DNA of 64,000 nt from Bacillus subtilis subsp. subtilis str. 168. GTDB taxonomy: Bacteria > Bacillota > Bacilli > Bacillales > Bacillaceae. Where the stretch lies: positions 3,162,001 to 3,226,000 of the forward strand of contig NC_000964.3 in assembly GCF_000009045.1 (NCBI RefSeq), in the 5' to 3' direction. The notes under the pieces were generated by a model, which ran no database searches, was not told the origin of the DNA, and saw only the letters and a program-made list of their open reading frames with translations. Below are positions 1 to 11,819 of the stretch, piece after piece (positions within the stretch are counted from its first letter, which is position 1; every line of letters begins with the position of its first letter). Position numbers and translations under genes: made by a program.

Positions 1-32
1 ACCAGATTCATCTATTAAATATAGTCAAATAA

Positions 33-1157
<1,125 letters not shown>

Positions 1158-1166
1158 GACCATCAT

Positions 1167-1188
1167 TTCCCCCGCATATCGGGGGTTT
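1167..1188 (+). terminator. cotI terminator-like hairpin
   Basis: CCCCCG-cata-tCGGGGG followed by TTT, 10 nt after the stop. Confidence 0.55.
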
Positions 1189-1211
1189 GATATTTATAAG
1201 ATAAAGGGTAA
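1185..1211 (+). promoter_or_regulatory. sigmaB-type promoter of ytaB
   Basis: GTTT(1185-88)-N17-GGGTAA(1206-11) upstream of ATG 1237. Confidence 0.6.
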
Positions 1212-1236
1212 TTAAATACATGCGGAGGTTGCAAAT

Positions 1237-1704
1237 ATGAAAAAGATTGTCGGCGCTTTAGCCGTTTTTGTGATTACATATGCGCTGTTTTCAGCCGCAG
1301 GCTACCTGTTTCCTGTGGACCAAGAATGGTACAATTCATTGAAAAAACCGGACTGGACGCCAAGCGGAACTGCGATCGGCATCATTTGGGCCATCCTGTT
1401 TGCCCTGATCTCCCTTTCAGCAGCCATTGTATATGCTGCGTTTTCATTTAAAGGTGCGAAAAGCTTTTGGTTTACACTTTTGATAAATTACGTGCTCAAT
1501 CAAGCCTTCAGCTATTTCCAGTTTACGCAAAAAAATCTGCTGGCTGCATCGCTTGACTGCCTGCTTGTCGCCATCACAGCAATCGTATTACTGATCATTG
1601 CCAAAAAATACAGCAGAGCCGCAAGCTATCTTCTTTTGCCTTATTTTTTATGGAGTGCATTTGCGACGTTCTTATCCTTTACAATCAATTCAATGAATCT
1701 GTGA
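1237..1704 (+). CDS. ytaB: TspO/MBR family membrane protein
   Basis: WYNSLKKPDWTP motif, W..FATFL C-terminus, five hydrophobic segments. Confidence 0.9.
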   Translation: MKKIVGALAVFVITYALFSAAGYLFPVDQEWYNSLKKPDWTPSGTAIGIIWAILFALISLSAAIVYAAFSFKGAKSFWFTLLINYVLNQAFSYFQFTQKNLLAASLDCLLVAITAIVLLIIAKKYSRAASYLLLPYFLWSAFATFLSFTINSMNL

Positions 1705-1706
1705 AC

Positions 1707-1735
1707 AAAAAAAGCCGCTTATACAGCGGCTTTTT
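1707..1735. terminator. Bidirectional terminator between ytaB and glgP
   Basis: A7-GCCGCT-tatac-AGCGGC-T5. Confidence 0.85.
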
Positions 1736-4131
1736 CACATCATCGGCTTGATGCCCCAAATGTCCTTCGCATATTCCCGGATCGTGCGGTCGCTGGAGAA
1801 ATATCCAGAATGAGCAATGTTTACAATCGAATGCTCAGACCATTTCCTTCGCTCTCGATAATCAGCTTGAATTCGCTCCTGTGCATCTGCATATGAGCTG
1901 AAATCCTTCAGCACAAAATACTCATCATTATGCGGAAGCAGCGAGTCAAAGATCGATTCAAATTCATCTGCCTCTCCTTCAAAAAAACCATTGATCAACT
2001 GATCCGCTACCTGCCTGATTCTCCTGTCATGCTGATAATATTCCCTCGACCTATAGCCGCCGTTTTCCTGATACGATAGAACCTCATCCGCCTTTAAGCC
2101 GAACGTGTAAATACAGTCAGGGCCCACCCGCTCAAGGATCTCGATATTTGCGCCGTCATGCGTGCCGATCGTCAAAGCCCCGTTCATCATAAACTTCATA
2201 TTCCCTGTACCAGACGCTTCCTTGCTTGCGGTTGAAATTTGCTCACTTACGTCTGATGCCGGAAAAATTCGCTCAGCCATAGAAACTCTATAATTTTCTA
2301 AAAAAACAACTTTGATCAGCTGTTTGACCGCCGGATCATAATTGACTTTTTCTGCGACAGAATGGATCAGCTTAATGATTTTCTTGGCATAATAATAGCT
2401 TGGTGAAGCCTTTGCCCCGAAAATAAAGGTTTGCGGGTAGATTGAAAACCCCGAATCCTCCTTGAGGCGGTTATACAAATACATAATGTGAAGAACATTC
2501 AGCAGCTGCCGTTTATATGCATGAAGCCGTTTCACCTGTACGTCGAATATGCTCTCAGGGTTCACAACCACCCCGGCCGTGCAAAAAATCAAATCGGCAA
2601 GCTCTTGTTTTTTCTTGCTTTTGTTGTTTTGAAACTGTTCAATAAATGCAGGATCAGTGGCGTACGGTTCTAAACGGATCAGTGATTCCGGCTGCTTGAC
2701 CCATTCATCGCCGATCGCCTCTGTAATGATGGCAGACAAGCCTGGATTCGCTTTTAACAGCCAGCGCCTGTGGGCAATTCCATTCGTCTTATTGTTAAAA
2801 CGATTCGGAAACAGCAAGTGAAAGTCGCGCATCTCCCTTTCCTTTAATATATCGGAATGTATTTTTGCAACGCCATTTACACTGTAGCTGCCTACTATGG
2901 CCAGATGAGCCATTTTGACAACACCATGCGCTGTAATCGCCATGTTCTCTATCCTTTTCCAGTCTCCAGGATACTTTTCCCAAACTGCACGGCAAAACCT
3001 CTCATTGATCTCTTCAATAATCATGTACATTCGCGGGAGCAGCGGCTTAAACAAATGAATCGGCCATTTCTCGAGCGCTTCTGACAATGTTGTATGATTT
3101 GTATAAGAAATCGTATGTACAGTGATATGCCAAGCTTCTTCCCAGCTCATGTTCTCTTCATCGAGCAAAATCCGCATTAGCTCAGGCACCGCAAGCGCAG
3201 GGTGAGTGTCATTAATATGAATGCTCACTTTTTTATGCAGGCCGGATAAAGATTTATGTGTTTTACGGTAATTGTTCACAATGCTTTTTAAGCTTGCGCA
3301 TACTAAAAAATACTGCTGCTTCAGCCGTAAAATTTTCCCCTCATCATGGGTGTCATCGGGATATAAGAATTCAGAAACCGCTTCTGTTTCTCGCTTATAA
3401 GACAAAATATTACCGCCGTGATAATGGGCATAGGGCTCGGCGTTCCAAAGCCTTAACGTGTTGACAGTGCCCGTTTCATAGCCGATGATCGGGATATCAT
3501 AAGGAACAGCGGTAACAATTGTCGCTTGTTCATGGCGAAAATGCAGGCGCCCGCTTTTTTCTGTCATATGGACTTCGCCCCAAAACGGCACGTCCACTGC
3601 TTGATCCGCATTCCTTACTTCCCATACGTTCCCGTTTTTCAGCCATTGCTCAGGCAGCTCCACCTGATGTCCGTCTACAATTTTTTGCTCAAACAAACCA
3701 TGCTTATAACGTATGCCCATGCCGTGCCCAGGCAGGTTCAACGAAGCAAGCGAATCTAAAAAGCAAGCGGCCAAGCGCCCAAGTCCGCCATTGCCGAGAC
3801 CTGCATCGTTCTCTATCTGAAGGATCTCCTCTAAATTGATGCCGATTTCCTTTAAACCAGCTTCTACAACATCACGAACACCAAGATTCATTAAGTTTTG
3901 CTCAAGGAGCTGACCGAGCAGAAATTCGATTGATAAATAATATGTCTGCTTCCCGGAATTTGATCTGCTTTTTTCATTCGTTTCGATCCAATCAGCGCTG
4001 ATATACTCTCTGACCATATTGCCCAACGTTTTATATTGATCCAGCTTGGCAGAATCTTTAAAGCTTTTTCCGCACGTCATTTCCAGACGCTTTAAAAATA
4101 AGTCTGCAAAGCGTTCTTTACTCGAGAACAT
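1735..4131 (-). CDS. glgP: Glycogen phosphorylase
   Basis: GLGNGGLGRLAAC motif and PLP-lysine motif EASGTGNMK; start taken at ATG 4131 (MFSSK). Confidence 0.97.
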   Translation of the reverse strand: MFSSKERFADLFLKRLEMTCGKSFKDSAKLDQYKTLGNMVREYISADWIETNEKSRSNSGKQTYYLSIEFLLGQLLEQNLMNLGVRDVVEAGLKEIGINLEEILQIENDAGLGNGGLGRLAACFLDSLASLNLPGHGMGIRYKHGLFEQKIVDGHQVELPEQWLKNGNVWEVRNADQAVDVPFWGEVHMTEKSGRLHFRHEQATIVTAVPYDIPIIGYETGTVNTLRLWNAEPYAHYHGGNILSYKRETEAVSEFLYPDDTHDEGKILRLKQQYFLVCASLKSIVNNYRKTHKSLSGLHKKVSIHINDTHPALAVPELMRILLDEENMSWEEAWHITVHTISYTNHTTLSEALEKWPIHLFKPLLPRMYMIIEEINERFCRAVWEKYPGDWKRIENMAITAHGVVKMAHLAIVGSYSVNGVAKIHSDILKEREMRDFHLLFPNRFNNKTNGIAHRRWLLKANPGLSAIITEAIGDEWVKQPESLIRLEPYATDPAFIEQFQNNKSKKKQELADLIFCTAGVVVNPESIFDVQVKRLHAYKRQLLNVLHIMYLYNRLKEDSGFSIYPQTFIFGAKASPSYYYAKKIIKLIHSVAEKVNYDPAVKQLIKVVFLENYRVSMAERIFPASDVSEQISTASKEASGTGNMKFMMNGALTIGTHDGANIEILERVGPDCIYTFGLKADEVLSYQENGGYRSREYYQHDRRIRQVADQLINGFFEGEADEFESIFDSLLPHNDEYFVLKDFSSYADAQERIQADYRERRKWSEHSIVNIAHSGYFSSDRTIREYAKDIWGIKPMM

Positions 4132-5572
4132 CCCGTCCACTCCTTGTCACCTGCTCGAAAATACGCTGATACTCTTTAGCCGACTTCCCCCAGCTGTAAT
4201 CTGCATTCATAGCGGTCTTCACGATGCTCTTCCATACATCCTGTTGGCAATAAAACGACAGCGCCCTTTCTATCGTAAATTTCAGATCATGCGCATTAAA
4301 GGCGGAAAACGTAAAGCCATTGCCCGTTCCCTCTTCCTCCTGATAGGCACGGACAGTGTCGTAAAGACCGCCCGTTTCCCTGACAATCGGAATGGCGCCA
4401 TATTGAAGAGCAATGAGCTGCCCCAAACCGCACGGCTCAAATTTCGACGGCATCAAAAACATATCAGAGCCCGCATAAATTTGATGGGCTAGCGGCTCAT
4501 CAAACCCGATATAAGCCCGGCACTTCTCATGAAAAGCAAATTCTGCATACCGGAAATAATCTTCAAATTCACGTTCTCCTGTGCCTAGCACAACCAGCTG
4601 TATGTCTTGCTCCTCAAGAAGTTCGTGCATAATTCTGCGGACAAGATCAAGCCCCTTTTGTTTAGTGAGCCTTGTCACCATACTGATCAGCGGAATATCG
4701 TTTTTCTCTGGAAGCCCCATCCGCTGCTGAAGCTTCGTTTTGTTTTCCAGCTTGCATGCAAGATCCCCTGAATCGTATTGCGCCTCTATATAAGGGTCGC
4801 TTTTCGGCTGATAGAACGTATCATCAATGCCATTTAATATGCCGGTTACATCATCTTCCCTATATTGCAAAACCTGTTCCAACTGCTCACCATAATACGG
4901 CGTCATGATTTCATTTCTGTAAGTGGGGCTCACAGTTGTCACATGATCAGCCGCAATGATGCCCGCTTTCATAAAATTAACAAATCCGTTGCATTCTAAC
5001 CTTTCATAATGAAAATGATCCATCTCAAGACCCAGCAAGTCATGTGTGACATCAGGAGGGAATATGCCTTGAAACTGCAGGTTGTGGATCGTGAGCACGC
5101 TTTTCATCCGTTCATAAAAAGGATGTTTTCTGTACTCCTCTTTCAGCAAATAATTGACCATCGCTGTATGCCAATCGTGAGTATGAACAATATCGGCTTG
5201 AACATTCACAACTTTGGCAGCCTCCAGCACAGCTCTTGAAAAAAAGGCAAACCGCTCACCGTCATCATAATGCCCGTACAACGAATCCCTGTTGAAATAG
5301 TACTCATTGTCGATGAAGTAATAATTCACATCATTCTCTGCCATATGTTCAATTCCGCAATATTGCTGCCGCCAGCCGACAGCTACGGTACACTCAGCCT
5401 GTTTTTTCATACGCTTTTTCCACGGTTCAGGTATTTGGCTGTACTTCGGCAGCATCACAGCTACCTCATTGCCTAATCGCGCAAGCGCCTTTGGCAGAGC
5501 ACCTGCTACATCGGCAAGACCTCCTGATTTCACAAATGGGGTGCATTCTGACACAGCAAATAATATCTTCAA
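4118..5572 (-). CDS. glgA: Glycogen synthase
   Basis: KSGGLADV ADP-glucose motif; PSKFEPCGL. Confidence 0.97.
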   Translation of the reverse strand: MKILFAVSECTPFVKSGGLADVAGALPKALARLGNEVAVMLPKYSQIPEPWKKRMKKQAECTVAVGWRQQYCGIEHMAENDVNYYFIDNEYYFNRDSLYGHYDDGERFAFFSRAVLEAAKVVNVQADIVHTHDWHTAMVNYLLKEEYRKHPFYERMKSVLTIHNLQFQGIFPPDVTHDLLGLEMDHFHYERLECNGFVNFMKAGIIAADHVTTVSPTYRNEIMTPYYGEQLEQVLQYREDDVTGILNGIDDTFYQPKSDPYIEAQYDSGDLACKLENKTKLQQRMGLPEKNDIPLISMVTRLTKQKGLDLVRRIMHELLEEQDIQLVVLGTGEREFEDYFRYAEFAFHEKCRAYIGFDEPLAHQIYAGSDMFLMPSKFEPCGLGQLIALQYGAIPIVRETGGLYDTVRAYQEEEGTGNGFTFSAFNAHDLKFTIERALSFYCQQDVWKSIVKTAMNADYSWGKSAKEYQRIFEQVTRSGRDVLE

Positions 5573-6600
5573 GAATTCATCAGCTCTCCTTGCACCAAAC
5601 CTTTTCTTAATACAAGCGGCTGCTCAGCTGTTCCTGCAGCTTCCGTCGCCTTGCCGATTTTAACATCCTTATCCGAAATGACCTGCTCAAGAAGACAATC
5701 CTCTCCAATCTGCGTTTTTTGCATAATAATGCAGTTTTTCAGCTTCGTACCCTTTCCGACATGGACCGCCCTGAACAAAATGCAGTTTTCAACCTCTCCT
5801 TCAAGCACACAGCCGTTTGCCACCAAAGAATTTTTGACAGTGCTGTGCTTTCCGTATTTCGTAGGCGGCTCATCCTTCACTTTTGTATAGATCGGCTGCT
5901 GCGGCAAAAACACCTGCTGCCAAAAACGAGGCTGAATGAGCTCCATACTGTGGGTATAATATTTTTCCACCGAATCAATGACAGCGGCATAACCTGAATA
6001 TTCATAAGGGCAAATGGTCAGGGCGGAAGATTCCTTTTCAACAGCCTCCTGAATGGTTTTATAGCCTTTTTCGCTATGTCCGTAGATCAGATCCTTTAAA
6101 AGCGTTGTTGACATGATATAGATTTGCAGCGACTGGCCGTCCTGAAATACCTCGGTGACGTCGCAGCCAACCTCCTGATGGCGTTTCAGCACATATTGAA
6201 ATTGAATGTTGCATACGGTATGGCTGTTGGAGATTACAGCATATTGCTGAGTGCTTCTGTGGAAGTAATCTAGATGGTCCGAAAACTGGCGAAAGGAACC
6301 GAATTCATCGTATTCGTGATGAAGATGGGGAGACGGGAAAAAAAAGAGGCCGTCCTTTTTCCGGTGCAAATCCCATTCCTTACCCGCCCCAAGGTGATCC
6401 ATGAGCGAACGGTAACGATACTTCGGAAAAATTGCAACACTCCTAATATCCGCATTCACCATGTTGGAAAGCATAAAATCAATCAGTCGGTACCTGCCGG
6501 CAAAAGGGATCGCCCCGAGCGACCGCTGTGCTGTTAAATCCTGAAGAGAATGCTTATATGTGGTTTCATCTATAACACCTAACATTTGATTATTGAACAC
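5569..6600 (-). CDS. glgD: ADP-glucose pyrophosphorylase regulatory subunit GlgD
   Basis: GlgC-like (PFAGRYRLIDF, C-terminal beta-helix) but lacks the GGxGxRL signature. Confidence 0.93.
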   Translation of the reverse strand: MFNNQMLGVIDETTYKHSLQDLTAQRSLGAIPFAGRYRLIDFMLSNMVNADIRSVAIFPKYRYRSLMDHLGAGKEWDLHRKKDGLFFFPSPHLHHEYDEFGSFRQFSDHLDYFHRSTQQYAVISNSHTVCNIQFQYVLKRHQEVGCDVTEVFQDGQSLQIYIMSTTLLKDLIYGHSEKGYKTIQEAVEKESSALTICPYEYSGYAAVIDSVEKYYTHSMELIQPRFWQQVFLPQQPIYTKVKDEPPTKYGKHSTVKNSLVANGCVLEGEVENCILFRAVHVGKGTKLKNCIIMQKTQIGEDCLLEQVISDKDVKIGKATEAAGTAEQPLVLRKGLVQGELMNS

Positions 6601-6623
6601 TGACTCTGCCCCCTCTTCAGTAA

Positions 6624-7766
6624 TTAAATCAATTCTTTTTCTACAAATTCCTCTGAAACGAGCAGCACCTCTTCAATGTCTTTTTCGGAGCGAATCACTG
6701 CGCCATCCGGCAGCACCATCCCATTAGGAACGATGGCATTTTCAATGACTACATGCTCCCCAATCGTCACATCCGGCATTATGACGGATGATGTAACAGT
6801 CGTATGCTTACCAACAGTCACACCTTGAAAAAGAACGGAGTGAGACACATTTCCATATACAACACAACCTTCGTTCACAAGCGAATCTTGAACCTGCGCA
6901 TCAGATGAAATAAATTGCGGAGGCTGATTTGGATTGACGGAGTAAATTTTCCATTTGCGTTCAAACAGCTTCAGCTCCGAGTCCTCTTTTAACAAATCCA
7001 TATTGGCTTCCCACAAGCTCTGCACCGTTCCGACATCCTTCCAATATCCCTTGAACGGATAAGCAGAAAGCTTCTTTTTCTCTTCCAAAAGCAGTGGAAT
7101 AATGTCTTTGCCGAAGTCGTGGCTAGAATAAGGGTTTTGATCGTCCATCTCAAGATACTGTTTCAAAAGCGGCCAATTGAATATATAAATTCCCATTGAG
7201 GCAAGATTGCTCTTAGGGAATTTGGGCTTTTCATCAAAATGTGTGATCGTCCCATCTGGATTGGCCTTCATGATGCCGAACCGGCTTGCTTCCTCCCAGC
7301 CCACTTCGATGACAGAGATGGTCACATCTGCTTTCTTTTCAATGTGATAATCAAGCATTTTGCCGTAGTCCATTTTGTATATGTGATCTCCTGATAAAAT
7401 CAGTACATACTCAGGATCATACTGATTCAAATAATTGAGATTTTCATAAATGGAGCTTGCCGTCCCTTTATACCATTTGACTTCTGATGACTCGGCATAA
7501 GGGGGTAAAACCGTCACGCCGCCATTATATCTATCCAGGTCCCATGCACTGCCGATCCCAATATAGGAATTCAGCTCGAGCGGCTGATATTGCGTTAAAA
7601 TCCCGACTGTGTCTATGCCTGAATTAGAACAGTTGCTTAGGGTAAAATCAATAATCCTGTATTTTCCCCCGAAAGATACAGCCGGTTTGGCCATATTTTT
7701 TGTTAATCCGCTGAGACGGCTGCCCTTCCCGCCGGCAAGGAGCATGGCTACACATTGTTTTTTCAT
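6624..7766 (-). CDS. glgC: Glucose-1-phosphate adenylyltransferase
   Basis: [11 protein letters not shown]...[28 protein letters not shown]. Confidence 0.97.
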   Translation of the reverse strand: MKKQCVAMLLAGGKGSRLSGLTKNMAKPAVSFGGKYRIIDFTLSNCSNSGIDTVGILTQYQPLELNSYIGIGSAWDLDRYNGGVTVLPPYAESSEVKWYKGTASSIYENLNYLNQYDPEYVLILSGDHIYKMDYGKMLDYHIEKKADVTISVIEVGWEEASRFGIMKANPDGTITHFDEKPKFPKSNLASMGIYIFNWPLLKQYLEMDDQNPYSSHDFGKDIIPLLLEEKKKLSAYPFKGYWKDVGTVQSLWEANMDLLKEDSELKLFERKWKIYSVNPNQPPQFISSDAQVQDSLVNEGCVVYGNVSHSVLFQGVTVGKHTTVTSSVIMPDVTIGEHVVIENAIVPNGMVLPDGAVIRSEKDIEEVLLVSEEFVEKELI

Positions 7767-9646
7767 CTTTTTATCTCTCCTCTTTTTTTAACCGCCCGTA
7801 AAATCGAGATGCCGTAAGGGGGGATGGTCATCGTGATATAACACGGTTTATGATGAAGTGCTCCCTTTTTAGCCGATAACGGCTTTTTGTTGATTTGCCC
7901 TGAGCCTCCATATGTTTCACTGTCACTGTTAAGCACTTCAATGTATTGAGTAAAAAAAGGAACTCCAACATCATATTGATGATAGACCACGGGTGTAAAA
8001 TTACAAATGATGACAAGCGCCTCACCGTGCTTTTGGCCATAACGAATAAAAGAAAAGATTGATTGTTCGTCATTATGGACATCAATCCATTCAAACGATT
8101 GTGCACGATGGTCATGCTCATAAAGGATTTTGCTTTTTTGGTAAAAGCGGAGAAGATCTTGCGTAAAAACGCTGGCTTTCTGATGCATGGGGAAGGAGTC
8201 CAAAAACCAATCAAGCTGTTCTGTATCTTTCCATTCATCAAATTGAGCAAACTCTGATCCCATAAAGATCAATTTCTTTCCGGGATGCACTGTCATATAG
8301 CCCAGCAAAAGCCGATACTGGGCAAATTTCTGCCAGTAGTCGCCAGGCATTTTATTGAGAAGTGATTTTTTTCCGTATACGACTTCATCATGAGAAAACG
8401 GCAATACAAAATGTTCACTAAACGCATATAGTAATGAAAAAGAGATAAGCTGATGACAATGCCGCCTTTCTTCGGGCGGCGTCTCCATGTATTTCAGTAC
8501 GTCATTCATCCATCCCATATTCCATTTATAATGAAAACCAAGCCCCCCTTCCTCAACGGCACCTGTCACTTGAGGCCATTCTGTAGAATCTTCTGCAATC
8601 ATCATCACATGGGGATATGCCTCTCTCATGGTTTGATTGAGTTTTTTTAAAAAATCAACAGCATATGGATTCGTGTGGCGTTCATCCTGATTTGGCCAAT
8701 ACAAGATATTAGCCACTGCATCAACCCTAAATCCATCTATATGATAGAATTCCGCCCAGTACAACGCATTCGAAATTAAAAAACTATGAACTTCCGGTTT
8801 CCCCAGGTCAAAGTTTGCCGTGCCCCATAACCAGTTCTCCCGATCACGTTCTTCTTTGTATTCATAAAGCGGTTCTCCATCAAACATATAAAGGCCATGT
8901 GCATCTTTACAAAAATGTCCGGGGACCCAATCCAAAATGACTCCGATATTTTGTTGATGACATTCATCCACAAACTTCATCAGATCATGCGGCGGGCCAA
9001 ACCTGCTTGTCGGGCTGTAATACCCCGTTCCTTGGTACCCCCATGAACGATCATATGGATGCTCATACACGGGAAGCAGTTCAATATGGGTAAACCCATG
9101 CTTCTTGATATAAGGGATAAGCGTCTGACTTAATTCTTTATAGGAATAATGCCTGCCATCAGAATGCTTCTTCCAAGACCCAAGATGCAGTTCATAAATG
9201 AAAACAGGTTTTTCATACAGCGTCTTAGCCTTCTGTTTCTTTTGCCATTTTTGATCTTGCCAGCTGTATCCTTCCAAATCGTAAGTAAGTGACGCTGTGT
9301 TTGGTCTGACTTCTGAATAAATAGCGTATGGATCTGCCTTCAGCCTGATCTCACCGTTATTCGTCACAATTTCGTATTTATATCGTTCCTTTTCTCCTAT
9401 ACCTGGAATAAATAACGTCCAAATGCCATTATCATTCACTCTGTGCATCACATGCTCTTCTCCAGACCAGCTGTTAAAATCTCCAGCCACTCGTACTTCC
9501 GACGCATGAGGCGCCCACACACAGAATTCATATCCGCTTTTGCCATTCAGCTCGCGGTAATGCGAGCCAAACAGCTGATAGCTTTTAAACAGACTGCCTT
9601 CGTGAAAAAGATAAACATCATGTGCTGTCGGGCTGGCAGCGGCCAT
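7763..9646 (-). CDS. glgB: 1,4-alpha-glucan branching enzyme
   Basis: GH13 motifs [22 protein letters not shown]. Confidence 0.97.
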
Positions 9647-9718
9647 GTAATCATCCTTTCTGACATCATAGTTTTCATTTATAGTATTTATTCGAAGAAA
9701 TAAAAAAAAGCCCTTTCC

Positions 9719-9732
9719 TGAAAGCGCTTATA
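9719..9732. promoter_or_regulatory. cre-like (CcpA) site upstream of glgB
   Basis: TGAAAGCGCTTATA, one mismatch to TGWAARCGYTWNCA, about 75 nt upstream of the start. Confidence 0.55.
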
Positions 9733-9844
9733 CTTATAGACAATTAACTTCATTTTCTGAAGAAAAACGAAATATATGGAGATTTTTGTAGTCTGTTTTT
9801 AAAATAAAGAACAAAATCTAAGACATATCATGATTTATAAAAAC

Positions 9845-9873
9845 AAAAAAACCTTGCAGGATATGCAAGGCTT
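9845..9873 (-). terminator. Terminator of the rRNA-tRNA operon
   Basis: CCTTGCA-n5-TGCAAGG hairpin with a U-tract on the minus strand, just after tRNA-Glu. Confidence 0.8.
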
Positions 9874-9878
9874 CTGGA

Positions 9879-9950
9879 TGACCCGTACGGGATTCGAACC
9901 CGTGTTACCGCCGTGAAAGGGCGGTGTCTTAACCGCTTGACCAACGGGCC
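9879..9950 (-). tRNA. tRNA-Glu(TTC), CCA not encoded in register
   Basis: Cloverleaf GGCCCGTTGGTCAAGCGG...CTTTCAC...GGGTCA. Confidence 0.95.
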
Positions 9951-9975
9951 GATAATTATGATATCTGTAATCATA

Positions 9976-10066
9976 TGGCGGAGAAGGAGGGATTTGAACC
10001 CTCGCGCCGCTTACACGACCTACACCCTTAGCAGGGGCGCCTCTTCAGCCACTTGAGTACTTCTCC
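9976..10066 (-). tRNA. tRNA-Ser(GCT)
   Basis: Long variable arm; anticodon loop CTGCTAA; CCA end. Confidence 0.95.
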
Positions 10067-10069
10067 ATT

Positions 10070-10144
10070 TGGCTCCACAGGCAGGATTCGAACCTGCGAC
10101 CGATCGGTTAACAGCCGATAGCTCTACCACTGAGCTACTGTGGA
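10070..10144 (-). tRNA. tRNA-Asn(GTT)
   Basis: Anticodon loop CTGTTAA; CCA end. Confidence 0.95.
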
Positions 10145-10154
10145 ACAAAAGTCA

Positions 10155-10231
<77 letters not shown>

Positions 10232-10246
10232 ATGACGATATAGAAA

Positions 10247-10320
10247 TGGAGCGGGTGATGGGAATCGAACCCACGACATCAGCTTGGAAGGCTGAGGTTT
10301 TACCACTAAACTACACCCGC
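10247..10320 (-). tRNA. tRNA-Gly(TCC)
   Basis: Anticodon loop CTTCCAA; CCA end. Confidence 0.95.
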
Positions 10321-10330
10321 AATTTTTATT

Positions 10331-10407
10331 TGGGGCGATTGATGGGAATCGAACCCACGAATGCCAGAGCCACAATCTGGTGCGTTAACCACTTCGCCAC
10401 AACCGCC
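10331..10407 (-). tRNA. tRNA-His(GTG)
   Basis: Anticodon loop TTGTGGC; encoded G-1; CCA end. Confidence 0.95.
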
Positions 10408-10423
10408 AAAGCATATTGATAAA

Positions 10424-10499
<76 letters not shown>

Positions 10500-10511
10500 T
10501 AAGTATTTAAA

Positions 10512-10588
10512 TGGCGGTCCGGACGGGACTCGAACCCGCGACCTCCTGCGTGACAGGCAGGCATTCTAACCAACTGAACTACCGGACC
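10512..10588 (-). tRNA. tRNA-Asp(GTC)
   Basis: Anticodon loop CTGTCAC; CCA end. Confidence 0.95.
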
Positions 10589-10598
10589 ATTTTAAAAT

Positions 10599-10676
<78 letters not shown>

Positions 10677-10693
10677 ATGATTAGGAATATGTA

Positions 10694-10786
10694 TGGCGGA
10701 GGAAGAGGGATTCGAACCCCCGCGGGCTTTGACACCCCTGTCGGTTTTCAAGACCGATCCCTTCAGCCAGACTTGGGTATTCCTCC
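10694..10786 (-). tRNA. tRNA-Ser(TGA)
   Basis: Long variable arm; loop CTTGAAA. Confidence 0.95.
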
Positions 10787-10792
10787 GTATAG

Positions 10793-10869
10793 TGGTGGAC
10801 CTTGTAGGACTCGAACCTACGACCGGACGGTTATGAGCCGTCTGCTCTAACCAACTGAGCTAAAGGTCC
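10793..10869 (-). tRNA. tRNA with CAT anticodon, probably Ile2 (lysidine-modified)
   Basis: GGACCTTTAGCTCAG...CTCATAA; the Ile2 identity is from recall of the B. subtilis tRNA set. Confidence 0.85.
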
Positions 10870-10871
10870 AT

Positions 10872-10948
10872 TGGTAGCGGCGGAGGGGATCGAACCCCCG
10901 ACCTCACGGGTATGAACCGTACGCTCTAGCCAGCTGAGCTACACCGCC
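10872..10948 (-). tRNA. Elongator tRNA-Met(CAT)
   Basis: GGCGGTGTAGCTCAG...TTCATAC; CCA end. Confidence 0.9.
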
Positions 10949-10967
10949 AAATATTTTTGAAATCAAG

Positions 10968-11040
10968 TGGAGCCTAGCGGGATCGAACCGCTGACCTCCT
11001 GCGTGCAAAGCAGGCGCTCTCCCAGCTGAGCTAAGGCCCC
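10968..11040 (-). tRNA. tRNA-Ala(TGC), CCA not fully encoded
   Basis: G3:U70 pair; loop TTTGCAC; 3' end reads CTCCA-CTT. Confidence 0.95.
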
Positions 11041-11045
11041 AAGAA

Positions 11046-11122
11046 TGGTCGGGAAGACAGGATTCGAACCTGCGACCCCATGGTCCCAAACCATGTGCTC
11101 TACCAAGCTGAGCTACTTCCCG
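11046..11122 (-). tRNA. tRNA-Pro(TGG)
   Basis: Loop TTTGGGA; CCA end. Confidence 0.95.
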
Positions 11123-11137
11123 ATTTCATATAGATCA

Positions 11138-11214
11138 TGGCGCGCCCGAGAGGAGTCGAACCCCTAACCTTTTGATCCGTAGTCAAACGCTCTATCCAAT
11201 TGAGCTACGGGCGC
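11138..11214 (-). tRNA. tRNA-Arg(ACG)
   Basis: Loop CTACGGA; CCA end. Confidence 0.95.
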
Positions 11215-11223
11215 AAAACTTAA

Positions 11224-11309
11224 TGCCGAGGGCCGGACTTGAACCGGCACGGTAGTCACCTACCGCAGGATTTTAAGTCCTGTGTGTCTGCCAATTCCAC
11301 CACCCCGGC
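11224..11309 (-). tRNA. tRNA-Leu(TAA), CCA not encoded
   Basis: Long variable arm; loop CTTAAAA; 3' end CGGCA-TTA. Confidence 0.95.
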
Positions 11310-11323
11310 GTGGATGGTATAGT

Positions 11324-11398
11324 TGGAGCGGAAGACGGGATTCGAACCCGCGACCCCCACCTTGGCAAGGTGGTGTTCTACCACTGAACTACTTCCGC
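11324..11398 (-). tRNA. tRNA-Gly(GCC)
   Basis: Loop TTGCCAA; CCA end. Confidence 0.95.
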
Positions 11399-11403
11399 AG
11401 AAA

Positions 11404-11490
11404 TGGTGCGGATGAAGGGACTTGAACCCCCACGTCTGTAAAGACACTAGAGCCTGATTCTAGCGCGTCTGCCAATTCCGCCACATCCGC
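11404..11490 (-). tRNA. tRNA-Leu(CAG)
   Basis: CTAGA-ATCAGGC-TCTAG anticodon arm; long variable arm. Confidence 0.95.
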
Positions 11491-11500
11491 AACATGTAAA

Positions 11501-11576
11501 TGGTGAGCCATGAAGGACTCGAACCTTCGACCCTCTGATTAAAAGTCAGATGCTCTACCAACTGAGCTAATGGCTC
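11501..11576 (-). tRNA. tRNA-Lys(TTT)
   Basis: Loop CTTTTAA; CCA end. Confidence 0.95.
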
Positions 11577-11596
11577 TTCTTACAATAGACTTGAAT

Positions 11597-11613
11597 ATTA
11601 TATCATATAAAAG

Positions 11614-11625
<12 letters not shown>
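11597..11625 (-). promoter_or_regulatory. Internal sigmaA promoter within the tRNA cluster
   Basis: TTGCCG(11625-20)-17 nt-TATAAT(11602-597) with extended TG; the -35 lies inside tRNA-Thr. Confidence 0.75.
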
Positions 11626-11689
<64 letters not shown>

Positions 11690-11721
11690 ATATATGTAAA
11701 ACCGATATGTATAATGAAAAA

Positions 11722-11797
11722 TGGTGGAGGATGACGGGCTCGAACCGCCGACCCTCTGCTTGTAAGGCAGATGCTCTCCCAGCTGAGCTAATCCTCC
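11722..11797 (-). tRNA. tRNA-Val(TAC)
   Basis: Loop CTTACAA; CCA end. Confidence 0.95.
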
Positions 11798-11819
11798 ATA
11801 CTTGCACTAACGTGCAATT

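Noticed and set aside
4046-4492. 148-aa plus-strand ORF antisense to glgA/glgP, and similar antisense ORFs over floT, lytG, iolU, the mcp genes and yugT
   Set aside because: Shadows of the coding strand's codon bias; no RBS and no recognisable domains.
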